From Theionarchaea archaeon (GTDB lineage Archaea > Methanobacteriota_B > Thermococci > Methanofastidiosales > SZ-28-30), in NCBI GenBank assembly GCA_018992685.1, contig JACVGT010000025.1:27432-91431 (forward strand): DNA of 64,000 nt, given 5' to 3'. Positions 41,001 through 49,039 of the stretch are shown here, piece after piece; position 1 is the stretch's first letter, and every line of letters starts with the position of its first letter. The translations under genes and the position numbers were made by a program. The notes beneath the pieces were generated by a model. It was not told the DNA's origin, did no database searches, and saw only the letters and a list, made by a program, of their open reading frames with translations.

Positions 41001-41858
41001 CAACCAGTAGCTGAATCTGAATACGATCCCTTTGGTGCTACAGACACTGAAGAAGGATACCTCTTCAATGGAAAGGAAAAAGACTCCACAGGCCTGTATT
41101 ACTATGGGGCCCGTTACTACAGCCCGGAAACTGGGCGGTTCATAACCAGGGACCCTCTTCCAGGAAAGATCGAGTCTCCCCAGACTTCAAACCAGTATGT
41201 CTACTGCTTGAATAATCCTTTGAAGTATGTAGATCCCAGAGGTATGGACTGTGAATATGTCATCCTCCCTGATGGCACAATTTCCTACGATTTGGCCGAA
41301 CTCTACAACAAGATGCAGAAAGCACTAGAAACAATGAGCGAAGAGGACTGGGCGCAACTCGACGAATACCTTGCTCCTGGTACTGATGCAGCAACCAAAA
41401 TGGAAGCTGTTAAGGTCATTCTGGAAAAAGCTGGCATAAACTTTAAAGATGAGACAACATCATTAGAGGTAGAGGTTGGTACTGTGAATTTTACGATCGA
41501 ATTCAGTGATCTGCCTTTTCCCGAATGGGGAGAAACCAGAAGGAAAAAGGGATTTTCTACTGGAGAAATTCTGCTTTCCAATCACATCCACAGCGGCGGT
41601 GACCTATTTCTCGTTTTAGGTCATGAGATGACTCATGCATATATGTTGAGCTATCACGAAAATAGCATCAATTCGGTGCAATGCCAATTCGGAGACGAAG
41701 GTAGGAAGGCATACATGGAGCTCATCAGCTATCAATGGGAAGTTGGAATCTTGAACCAAGTACCTCATGTTTCACTTATGCAGAGAGAAACCATCTTGGA
41801 GCAATTTGACAGATATAAACTCCTGTGGCCTCTCATTCAGACCTATGGTGCATCATAG
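35064..41858 (+). CDS. Secreted RHS/YD-repeat protein with PKD domain, Asp-box propeller insertion and HExxH C-terminal domain
   Basis: Signal peptide MRDKILILGLSAALL; PKD (WDFEGDG...HVYDNPGIY); YD repeats; core YYHTDHVGS, GLYYYGARYYSPETGRFITRDP, NNPLKYVDPRG; HEMTH at 41622. Confidence 0.92.
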   Translation: MRDKILILGLSAALLMSLFCYVQEIAAGYDGLSERIPVVGDDVAGSLSNVPPVVEVVPDVSSGKAPLRVQFEGDVYDEDGEITSLEWDFEGDGAFEVTSDLKSIERPQKLQAAREGLQKEHVYDNPGIYHAVVRVTDDKEESTTASVTIQVYSDRPWLDITPSNKDGFLYQAQAGYEAFFGENVGKEIKFELNNAYITYRMVNQSFGAVNTAKGEPEGNRIWYRNVFPGVDIRYTVHEDLLLEEFVVYQPVGITVIEQEFVTHGVDYKMEEDGSIGFYNGEDLVFSIPKPVMYEFNNPERKCYGLHYEVVEKGNLYILRKVIDNLEWLKSAKYPVVIDSSTQGEIADPWEQQGLTPYGQYFQNMNEYVDPLTGHLNIRQTDYSLSGRGLDLSISRVYSTVVAYKEDEEESGSGEYVPIATYKEAPTDLGYGWSLDFPWLEFNEDDQEPGHYLHLPKGVQIKTNFVDGVWIDETHHFVMYINGDYSYTKYRDDGVREDYDSQGRLTSITDLNGNVITFSYGQYGISQIADTVGRTVTFNYSSDTLMSITDGVRTISYSYSGGKLTAVTDPIGRVTTYEYMSENSFLITGVHYPSGGFSSYEYGTVIPEAGKIAPYKSSETEDGETQYYFYKVDSPDTVTWTSPKDLAGVTGAAGRPYVVQRDDGSFVMYFKEKYVWTETVWKCGGGDCWEEIITHTEYWIKRSTSTDQQHWSTPQNVLQVKSTTGNPIVIEKQDGTLIMYYMDHYQWTEENCYWDNRLHEWVCETITHNEFYIYRRSSSDGITWGSPVKVQQTTVGVRNIAAIQKQDGTFLLVYMDKVGSAYYMRQKTSADGLSWGTASNVVQVDSGTGGPALLQADSGTVYLAYRKGNSSLYVTSNSGSEWSTPVQTTGVASGDPAFLQTETEIVLIYKGTDNYCYRISSSDGANWSSPSQIAPNKIVSDPASVQRTDRSYRVTAQYISASALDLVKITEFSYTGSGYLSESTDVLIRDSQTLKSSMHFEYDSKGRTTERISKDENGTQTEKTVFTYNNGDKVIRQDVYAGTSTGISYSVLIGYDNGGNVVYTRNPEGAEHFYSYANTNSQNQFIDSKGNPVQLFSNQFYTNSVPSHCHTLLAGEAFINNGKVTECYYKYDNNGNMIETKTLYPTRDYEVFSGTFDENGQTTFDIDLTGLTITDAVLVISSIAVPTQETLYETHSEVGKGWLDTGTWSGKYFMADYFRCYSTSPPDCFDGSTKIGPFEHYPGTPNYTGYTTWVEENTQYVKTSYTAIVNEYPEMVEYSLNDSSWNEITDNLGSGTTSTLIPESSFVQGANTLQLRESNAFSTRFDWVLYIDQGATPQEYMTSLAYDSNGNVISATDAKGNTTLFSYDSHYMYLTSLTDTLSRTISAAYNFTTGWMISVTDAQGNVTSYEYDELGRVTKKILPDLAELEVSYDDQNSTVTIYDELDHFQTKYYDGLGRLIRDERYLSPSSALTEIYTYNYMGKMESRTDSGGQTYSYQYDSLGRPTRITNPDSSFVHFDYNYTTNTVNSYDENQHRKQYHYDWTGLLLWVKEYTGPESYYFTEYKYDSLGHLTSLTDARGNTTSYEYGSLFGATQVTYPDSTNETYLYDAVGNVVQKTDANGTTGFVYDNGYQLSSVTYTDGSVVTFEYDVNGSRTLLTDSEGSTWYTYDNRNRLLSETRSIDGQEYTVSYSYDLASRLVSTTYPDQTVITYEYDAANRLVTIPGYAHYTYNADSLVESVGYANDVIASFQYDSRNRPISIQAQSAGSDVLSMSYQYDPVGNITEMDYGRRLPDQQWNESQETFEYDWLDRVVSAQGDYGLLSYSYDPVGNRVSQNGVAYTYNEMNELISTSDGILFTYDGNGNTLSKADRTNTWIYSYDSRNQLKEVQKDQHMTAQYWYDGDNRRVKKTEWKDDLQEYQTTIYIYSGTNVIYEKNVTTDGEADYICSSKGLIAKKVGDYVDYYHTDHVGSTRLVTNEEGQPVAESEYDPFGATDTEEGYLFNGKEKDSTGLYYYGARYYSPETGRFITRDPLPGKIESPQTSNQYVYCLNNPLKYVDPRGMDCEYVILPDGTISYDLAELYNKMQKALETMSEEDWAQLDEYLAPGTDAATKMEAVKVILEKAGINFKDETTSLEVEVGTVNFTIEFSDLPFPEWGETRRKKGFSTGEILLSNHIHSGGDLFLVLGHEMTHAYMLSYHENSINSVQCQFGDEGRKAYMELISYQWEVGILNQVPHVSLMQRETILEQFDRYKLLWPLIQTYGAS

Positions 41859-41879
41859 GATCTTCAAGGAAGTGACAAA

Positions 41880-43280
41880 ATGAAATTGGCATTGATAATA
41901 ATCGTCCTTTTGAGTGTATGCTCAACTGAGACATGCGAAAACTGGCCCATGTACCAGCATGATCCCCAGCATTCGGGGTACAGCTTGTGTCCAGCTCCCG
42001 ATACTGGGTATTGGCTCTGGACCTATGATGCTGGAGCTCCCATTATTGCCTCACCTATTGTTGTTGGAAACATGATATACTTCCCGGCTTTGGGAAAGAT
42101 GGTTGCATTGAAAGCAGATTCTGGTGAAGTGCTTTGGACGCAGAAAGTTCCAGTGGCAGGTTCAACACCTGCAGCATCTGGAGAAACGCTTGTCGTAGGA
42201 ACGACATGGGGTTTCATGGCTTTGGATACTAAAACTGGTGAGACTAGATGGGAACAGGAGATCGCGAGGCTGTACGCCAGTGATGAGTTTTTTGAATCAT
42301 CACCTTTGATACTGAAAGACAAAGTATACGTAGCGACAGGGACAAATGCTATGATCCTGTATCCAGGACGAGGTGTTGGCGAGCTGCCTCTGAGAAACGT
42401 TATGTGCATGGATATCAAGACAGGGCAAATAGTCTGGAAAAAGGATGTGCATGCAGAAGTCAGTTCCTCGCCCGCCTTCTCTCATGATACCCTCTACGTC
42501 AGCAGTGAATCTTGCGTTGCACTTGATTTAGATGGTAACATAAAGTGGGAATATAACCATGGGTATTCCCTGAGCAGCTCTCCTGTTATCATTGATGACA
42601 GTTTAGTGCTGGCTGCCCAGAATGCCTTTTCGGGACGCAGGATCATCAGAATTCAGCGAGGTAACGTATTGTGGTCAAGAGAGCCAAAAGATATGATAAC
42701 GACCCCTCCTGCTGCATATGGAAAGAAGATTGTTTTCATTACTATTAAGGGGGATGTATTAGCCCTGGATCTTGAGACTGGTGATCCTATCTGGACCACT
42801 CACTTAGGGGGGGAACTTCTCATAGACGATACGTCTCTTGCATGTTCCTCTTCACCCGTTATTGCTGATGGGAAAGTCTACGTCGGTACTCTAAGTGGAG
42901 TATTCACCTGCTTGGATCTGGAAAATGGAACAATACTATGGCAATACCAGACAGAAGGAGCTATCGTATCACCTGCTGCCATAGCGAACGAAAGAATCTA
43001 TGTAGGTTCTACAGATGGTACATTGTACTGCTTTGGTATCGACCCTGAAACCTATTTTCAAAAGGCACAACGCTACGAAGAGAAAGGAGACACAGAAAGG
43101 GCCCGAGAATTCTACAGGAAAGCCAGAGACTACTACCAGGAACAAGGTGATATAACCATGATAAAAAGATGTGACGAAATCCTGAGGGAAAGAGACTACC
43201 TCTGGGGTGCAGCTCTGGCAGCAGTCGTTATAGTGATCTTGTTGCTTCTGTTCTACTATAGAAAACGGCGAACAAGTTAG
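41880..43280 (+). CDS. PQQ-like beta-propeller with signal peptide, short helical domain and C-terminal TM anchor
   Basis: WPMYQHDPQHSG, ALDxxTGxxxW repeats, SSPVIADGKVYVG, TM followed by RKRR. Confidence 0.88.
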   Translation: MKLALIIIVLLSVCSTETCENWPMYQHDPQHSGYSLCPAPDTGYWLWTYDAGAPIIASPIVVGNMIYFPALGKMVALKADSGEVLWTQKVPVAGSTPAASGETLVVGTTWGFMALDTKTGETRWEQEIARLYASDEFFESSPLILKDKVYVATGTNAMILYPGRGVGELPLRNVMCMDIKTGQIVWKKDVHAEVSSSPAFSHDTLYVSSESCVALDLDGNIKWEYNHGYSLSSSPVIIDDSLVLAAQNAFSGRRIIRIQRGNVLWSREPKDMITTPPAAYGKKIVFITIKGDVLALDLETGDPIWTTHLGGELLIDDTSLACSSSPVIADGKVYVGTLSGVFTCLDLENGTILWQYQTEGAIVSPAAIANERIYVGSTDGTLYCFGIDPETYFQKAQRYEEKGDTERAREFYRKARDYYQEQGDITMIKRCDEILRERDYLWGAALAAVVIVILLLLFYYRKRRTS

Positions 43281-43548
43281 AACACTTTTATTATCAGCTT
43301 GCTATCCTTTGAACCAATGTTGGCTGGATTGAATTGGGTATTGTCAGTCTTGATGAGAAATGCAGTTGAAGATTAGGAAGTCGGAGAGATATCGAATAAG
43401 GAAGTAGTTGAGATTATCAGATCACAAGTCTTTGACTCACTTGCCAGTGAAATCGAGAAGCTTCTCAAGGAAAAATGTAACCCCTCTATTGTAGAATACG
43501 AGAAACCTGTTCAGGAAAGGAGTTTTAGACAAAGTATTGAATCTAGCC

Positions 43549-43772
43549 AGACATCATGCTGGCCAGCAGGTGGCTCGAAAATTCGCAGTGGCACCGTGCC
43601 AGAAATTGGCCTTACAAGATGGCACCGTGCCACTCATTGAGTGATTTCACATCAAAATGAGTCCAAATTCCAGAAAAATGCAGGGATCGGAATGGCACAG
43701 TGCCAAAATCTACACAATACCAATGGCACTGTGCCAATCAGAATTTTGTGGATAACTGGATTCAAAAGTTTT
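43549..43772. repeat. Palindrome-array repeat B, copy 2 (four perfect TGGCAC-N-GTGCCA boxes at 43589, 43620, 43693, 43724)
   Basis: Read directly from the sequence; colinear with 21416-21607. Confidence 0.92.
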
Positions 43773-43868
43773 CGCCAATGCAGACAAGGAGGGTAGCAGA
43801 CTACATGAATACATCAGCATCTTAAATTCCTGTACCGATGAAATAGTCAGAAATAAGAGTATAGGTCA

Positions 43869-45863
43869 TCATGCAATCTCCATCCCTATTGCCGTTTTTT
43901 CCTGATTCCGTAAAACTGCATCCATCTCTCTCCTGATGATATAGGCTGCATCCACCACTGATTCCGAAACTTCACCAATTCTTCTTACCATTTCCATACA
44001 AGAAACCATATTCTGAGATACATCCAGTTGGTTCTGATGTAGCAACTTCTGGGTATCTTCAATGTGCGTGACACTCTTGCTGAGTCTCTCTTCAATTTTT
44101 TCAATTTCATTTCCCAGTTCCTTCCTTAGACTTTCAATCCTGGATGGCACTTCTCTCAGTGCATTCCTGTCAATTCTACCACTTATCACATCATCAACAA
44201 AAGCCTCTAAATTTGCAGTTAAAATATGGGCTTCAGTTCCCTCAACTTCGAAATGCAGTTTCTTGGATTTATCTATACCTATGACATATTCCATGACCTC
44301 TCCTGTTGAATCTATAGTTTTCACCGTGCTCCTGAAGTAGAGAAGGCCTCTTTGAATGACTTTCCGTGCAAAGGGGTCATCTTCTACTGCTTCGTGCTGC
44401 ATTCTGACCTCCGCAGGTTCTGCTAAATCAAGGACTATACCGTAATCTCGTAATCTCACAATGATCTCATTGGTGAAATCAATTATTTTGGTGTGGAAAT
44501 CAATTTCTGATGTGAAGATAAAAGGGTCCTTGGGCAGTACGTTGATGACTTCTCGTGATGGGTCCTTGGACTTGAAGATATAGGCTTCAGTGAAGTGTTT
44601 GTGAATACTCTTCTTACCAAAGATCCACCCTGTGTTTTTCAGTCTGCTGTGATTGCAACGTAGTAACTTGAATTGTATGAAGAGTCTGTGGGCATTCTTC
44701 TGCTGCCAAGTGATGTAATCATCAAAGGTTTCGAGAGGGTTACCGGGATCTGGATCTGCGGGGATATCTTGTTGAGCTGTCTGAGTCTGTGGGACCTCTC
44801 TGTCTGCAGGCTGTACCTCATGGGATGGCTGAACTTCTGATGAATCTGGCTCATCGGTTGGCAGAATTTTTGAGGATGAACTATCAATTTTTGAGCCATT
44901 TTTTACCGAATCAAAAAACCCTGTTAACCCCTTGATGGCAAGCTCTGTAGGTGTATAGACATATTGATTTCCCACCTTATTGATGGTAATTAGTTTATCT
45001 TTTTCCAATTTTTCAGTATATTTTTTGACCATGTACCTGGAAATCTTATTTCTCCTGGCTAATTCCCTTTCTGAGAACTGTTCATACTTATTCTCCTTGG
45101 ACAGTATATCCATCAAAATACTCTTTTCCACAGGGTCCAGGTTACCAGATTCTCTTCTCCCCCTACCCGGTTGGCTGAAATTCTTCAAAAGTTTTTCAAA
45201 AGGTTTACCATCATTATCCAAAAAAATTTTGGAGTTTCTATCCACATTATCTGAAAGAGTATAGTGTCCCCAGGCCATCTTGATGACTCTCTCATCTCTC
45301 ATCAAGTTTCTCATATGGTAGTGAGCTGTGGAAGGGTCCACTCCAGCAAAGGAAGCAATGTCCTTGAGACGAGATATGTTATTAGTCAAAGCCTGCAGAA
45401 CCAATGCCCTGGTAGTCAGGCCTTGGATTTTTTCGGGGGTACTGGCTGCAGTATTGGGAATAGCACTGGCAACCTGGATGGAATCAGTAAGTGTATCAGA
45501 TCCAGCTGGGATCTCATTTTCCTGGCCATCAACCTGCTCAGCATAGACCTCATCAGCTCGCTTAAACAGATCTTCACAAGACTTACCAGATTCTTCCTCT
45601 TCACTAACCTCATCGGACAGGTGTTGGCCTTTACACACCTTCCATTCCCATTTCTCCCAGAATTTTCGTGATATTCTTTCTCTACTCTCTTCAAATTTCT
45701 TACAGTCCTCTCTCTTCATCAATTTCCTGACATCATTATCTTTCCAGCAACCGTCAAAGAATATTCTCTTACTGGGACCAGAGTATTCTTCAAAAATAAC
45801 AGCATGCCTGCACTGCAGGCATGTGTGTAAACATTTCGGCAGTCGATCAATCACCACATTCAC
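43869..45863 (-). CDS. Multi-domain DNA-binding protein: Cys-rich N-terminus, two winged-HTH domains, C-terminal coiled coil
   Basis: LKDIASFAGVDPSTAHYHMRNL and SERELARRNKISRYMVKKYTEKLEKDKLI; CLHTCLQCRH. Confidence 0.75.
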   Translation of the reverse strand: MNVVIDRLPKCLHTCLQCRHAVIFEEYSGPSKRIFFDGCWKDNDVRKLMKREDCKKFEESRERISRKFWEKWEWKVCKGQHLSDEVSEEEESGKSCEDLFKRADEVYAEQVDGQENEIPAGSDTLTDSIQVASAIPNTAASTPEKIQGLTTRALVLQALTNNISRLKDIASFAGVDPSTAHYHMRNLMRDERVIKMAWGHYTLSDNVDRNSKIFLDNDGKPFEKLLKNFSQPGRGRRESGNLDPVEKSILMDILSKENKYEQFSERELARRNKISRYMVKKYTEKLEKDKLITINKVGNQYVYTPTELAIKGLTGFFDSVKNGSKIDSSSSKILPTDEPDSSEVQPSHEVQPADREVPQTQTAQQDIPADPDPGNPLETFDDYITWQQKNAHRLFIQFKLLRCNHSRLKNTGWIFGKKSIHKHFTEAYIFKSKDPSREVINVLPKDPFIFTSEIDFHTKIIDFTNEIIVRLRDYGIVLDLAEPAEVRMQHEAVEDDPFARKVIQRGLLYFRSTVKTIDSTGEVMEYVIGIDKSKKLHFEVEGTEAHILTANLEAFVDDVISGRIDRNALREVPSRIESLRKELGNEIEKIEERLSKSVTHIEDTQKLLHQNQLDVSQNMVSCMEMVRRIGEVSESVVDAAYIIRREMDAVLRNQEKTAIGMEIA

Positions 45864-45878
45864 ATTCCTGGTTGTCTT

Positions 45879-46190
45879 CTATGAATTCATCATGTCCTTG
45901 AGTCTGCAGTAGTTGTCTTCAAGGTCCAGAGTTTCCATCACCACGGAAACAGAAGCCACACTCGTTCCCAGTATCAAGGCAATCCCCACGTTGGTTACTC
46001 CCATGTTGTGGAGTATACTCACCCGGTCAGGATCTACGTCAGAACGTAAGTGATAGTTATTCACCATCTCCAGCTTCTCAAGTCGGTAACTAACAGCAGG
46101 CTGGGTGACACCCAATCTCATTGCGATTTCTTTGTTAGTCAGTCCTTCACGATAGAGCTCCAGAAGCTCTCCATCTGAAAACTTATTCAT
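45879..46190 (-). CDS. Small tandem-HTH protein
   Basis: LELYREGLTNKEIAMRLGVTQPAVSYRL and LHNMGVTNVGIALILGTS; RBS GGAGGAGG supports start 46190. Confidence 0.8.
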   Translation of the reverse strand: MNKFSDGELLELYREGLTNKEIAMRLGVTQPAVSYRLEKLEMVNNYHLRSDVDPDRVSILHNMGVTNVGIALILGTSVASVSVVMETLDLEDNYCRLKDMMNS

Positions 46191-46779
46191 CCTTTCGACC
46201 TCCTCCCCTTGCAGGATCATACGGAGTGATCCCTTCGCCTTTGACAGGAACAGAGTTAGTCCGTTCCACAAGGGGTATGTATAGACTATGTCCAGGTTAT
46301 GCGGGACCGCCTTTCTTGAGAAAGGCAATAAATCCCACATAACCAAAAAAAAAGAATAAGAAGGGGTATATAAAGTTAATTAATACAAAATATGATATTA
46401 TAATATTTTTTGAGGCAAATTATTTCAGATTTTGACACCAGTTCAAGCTACTTTATAATTTTAAATGATAAGAAGGAGAAAAGATTATTTTTTCCGTGAT
46501 GTATCTGATGATTGAGTCAAAAGAATATCAGAATTTAAAATAATGAACAGATCATGAAATGAAAGCAGATTAATCTTATCAAGACAATATGATTTCTCTT
46601 AATCAAAAAATCGAAGTGAATTTCATACTTTATTTTCCTGTAAAAAAATATGATATTATCATATTTTATAACATTTTTTAGCTTGTAAAGCTTTCTGTAA
46701 GCGATGAAAGGTTTCTGCAAAAGCTCCACGGGATTAAAATGCATAAAAAGAGAAAAGGGCTTAAAAGCCAGGGTCTGAG

Positions 46780-46850
46780 AGCCGAGGGAGGGATTCGAAC
46801 CCCCATAAACCGGTCTGCAGCCGGTCACATAGCCGCTCTGACACCTCGGC
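46780..46850 (-). tRNA. tRNA-Cys (GCA)
   Basis: Acceptor GCCGAGG/CCTCGGC, anticodon arm ACCGG-CTGCAGA-CCGGT, T loop GGTTCGAATCC. Confidence 0.95.
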
Positions 46851-46929
46851 ATCAAACACTCTAATGAACTTTTCATTTATAAAGTCTTTGTTCATCTTTT
46901 TTCCTTTTGTCTCGGAAAAAAGGAGTCCA

Positions 46930-47002
46930 TGGGCCCACCGAGATTCGAACTCGGGACCTTTGCCTCGTGAAGGCAACGTCATAACCACTAGACCATGGGC
47001 CC
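46930..47002 (-). tRNA. tRNA-Val (CAC)
   Basis: Acceptor GGGCCCA/TGGGCCC, anticodon arm TTGCC-TTCACGA-GGCAA, T loop GTTCGAATC. Confidence 0.95.
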
Positions 47003-47361
47003 TAGTCCTCTTCTTCCTGTTCATATAAAAGGTTATCTGTTGGGCTCAGTGTCCCCTATCAATGCCCGTTGAAAGTCCACTACCTACCTCCGTCCATGTT
47101 CTAGAAACTTCCTGAAGTTTCTGTAAGCTCGCCACCTCAACGTTGCTGCCTTGATTCTCTGCGGGTATCAATCGAATATATCTGCAATTGTCATATGAAT
47201 CCATCGTATAGGCTTAATGAAAAGGAGTCACACATGTTACCGTGCGTTCTTATTCAATCATCAATTGATGCTTGTTTCAGTGAAAAGATTTATAAGTGAA
47301 GATTTTAATATAGTAAGCGCCTGTAAGCTATCAGGCATCTTTTCCCGGGAGGTGAAGATGA

Positions 47362-47547
47362 ATGAGGAAAGGAATTGTTCTCTTGCTGGTGGCAGCTGTG
47401 CTGCTTTTAGGAGGAGCGGCTGCTCTTCTGGAAACCATTTCTGTTAGTTCTTGGAACGTTGTTTCTTTTGATCCACAGGATCCGGAGGGCAGCTTTATCC
47501 TGTTACCTGATGGAGATGACCTACCACCAGGTCCGATACCTTTGTAA
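47362..47547 (+). CDS. 61-aa secreted peptide
   Basis: Signal peptide MRKGIVLLLVAAVLLLGGAAA; RBS GGAGGTGA; TATA TTTATAAG near 47289; T-rich tract after the stop. Confidence 0.75.
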   Translation: MRKGIVLLLVAAVLLLGGAAALLETISVSSWNVVSFDPQDPEGSFILLPDGDDLPPGPIPL

Positions 47548-47594
47548 ACTTTTACCCTTTTATTTTTTTTATGATTTCCTTTTTTCTTTTTTTT
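47548..47594. terminator. T-rich terminator region between convergent genes
   Basis: Long oligo-T runs on the + strand directly after the peptide stop. Confidence 0.55.
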
Positions 47595-48585
47595 AAATCC
47601 ACTTCACTTCTCTTAATACATCATCTCTGAAGTATTCGAAGGGAATCGTCCTTCTCACTTCAAAGGGTGCTTGGTCAAAAAAGGTCACATCATCAAGATA
47701 CTTTTTGAAAATTCCCAGAATATCCCATTTCTGACTGTAATGGTACTGCAGAGACACATATGACTTCTCGGGGAGATTCAACACGTCAGCATATCGAACC
47801 ATGACACTGAGACTGGACAGAGCAGCAAGAACTTGATGGAAATTCTCATTCTTGTTCACGATTGCAGAATCCAGACCATAGTATGGTCTCAGAGGAACGA
47901 GGTTCAAGGGATTGGACTTACAGATGACGCCATCCTTTTTGAGCTGCCGCATTCTCCTGCTTATATTACTGATACTGGGTTGAACTCCCAGTTGTTCTTC
48001 ATCTATCTGTTCAGAAATCGCCTGGGCGAGTGTTCTCGCTCCATATCTGCCCCTCTGGATTTCCTTGCATAGGTATATGGAGAGAAGATCCACCTTTCCA
48101 TTTCTCTTCTTGACCTTTTTTTCGTAAAGAGCCAGTTCTGCTTCCTTAAACTCCTTCTCAAACTCAGTTCTAAAATCCTTTCGAATAAAGGGCATGCTGA
48201 ATGTATTTATTAAATCGGAACCTGCTCCCAAATGATAGCCGTCTTCCACCATATGGGTAGGCAATAATCGTGCTCTCATGTAGCCAAAAGGACGGGAAAT
48301 ACGTGCAAGAAAAGTAAGAAACACATCATCCAGTGGAGGTGGTTCTCGTGGGAAGTCAATTACTTGGATGAGTCCCAGCTTCTCGTAATTGATACTCAGA
48401 AATCCTGCAGTCAGAAGACCCTTCTTCTTCAGCTTGCTGCGATAGTTGGCAACCTTATCAATTCTTACTCTGTAGTGACTTGATATTTGCTTGTCACTCC
48501 AGTGGCGAACGATTCCATTGAGGATGTTCAGATTCTTTTCGTTGCCAAACCACTTCTTGATTATTGTCTCGATGTAGATGGGCAT
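47593..48585 (-). CDS. Tandem Lrp/AsnC-like winged-helix regulator
   Basis: Two HTH-like segments, KVANYRSKLKKKGLL...INYEKLGL and SNISRRMRQLKKDGVI. Confidence 0.65.
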   Translation of the reverse strand: MPIYIETIIKKWFGNEKNLNILNGIVRHWSDKQISSHYRVRIDKVANYRSKLKKKGLLTAGFLSINYEKLGLIQVIDFPREPPPLDDVFLTFLARISRPFGYMRARLLPTHMVEDGYHLGAGSDLINTFSMPFIRKDFRTEFEKEFKEAELALYEKKVKKRNGKVDLLSIYLCKEIQRGRYGARTLAQAISEQIDEEQLGVQPSISNISRRMRQLKKDGVICKSNPLNLVPLRPYYGLDSAIVNKNENFHQVLAALSSLSVMVRYADVLNLPEKSYVSLQYHYSQKWDILGIFKKYLDDVTFFDQAPFEVRRTIPFEYFRDDVLREVKWI

Positions 48586-49039
48586 GCTGTTACCTCTTTT
48601 TTCCTTTTGTTCTCTGATTTATCACTCTTGCGCCGCCATATCGATTTCCTCCTGAGCCTACATCTTCCCTCTTCCGCCATAAGACAACAAAAAAGAAGAA
48701 AAGTCCCTCCAGACGGGGGGACATCATTCACCTCCCTTCGAGACCGGCTTTCTTTCACACAAACGTTACACATCCCTCTATACACAAGAGGTATATAAAT
48801 CTTTCGGTTGCAGACTTACCGAATGTTATCATTTTGCTGTATAACATCTATATTTTTCGAAACACGGTGGATAAATAGTAATATTTCATGGTGGTAGAGC
48901 TTTTTCAGGTGTGTGAGAGATATGCTAATTTTATTCAAATTGGGCCCCTGTCCTCCCCTCAGCAGTAGAGGAAGTGCCATAAACCAGGAGGGAAGTTACA
49001 GGAGCAAACTGTTATTAACTACGATGACCCCTACAGCGT

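Larger units (their letters stand above)
21707..46790. mobile_element. ~25 kb tRNA-Cys-integrated element (candidate)
   Basis: Flanking 11-bp direct repeat, integrase at one end, wHTH genes at the other, mosaic low-GC cargo. Confidence 0.7.

Noticed and set aside
43549-43772. Palindrome arrays as mini-CRISPRs or sigma-54 promoters (TGGCAC)
   Set aside because: 13-bp boxes with 18- and 60-bp gaps do not fit CRISPR geometry, and the gaps are homologous between the two arrays; archaea lack sigma-54 and no -12 TTGC element follows
21707-46790. Calling the element a provirus or conjugative element
   Set aside because: No capsid, terminase or packaging ATPase, VirB4/VirD4 or relaxase motif recognised
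46930-47002. tRNA-Val as the integration target
   Set aside because: No copy of its 3' end found by eye near the integrase; only the tRNA-Cys end is repeated
46535-47024. ORFs 46535-46876 and 46761-47024
   Set aside because: They run through the two tRNA genes
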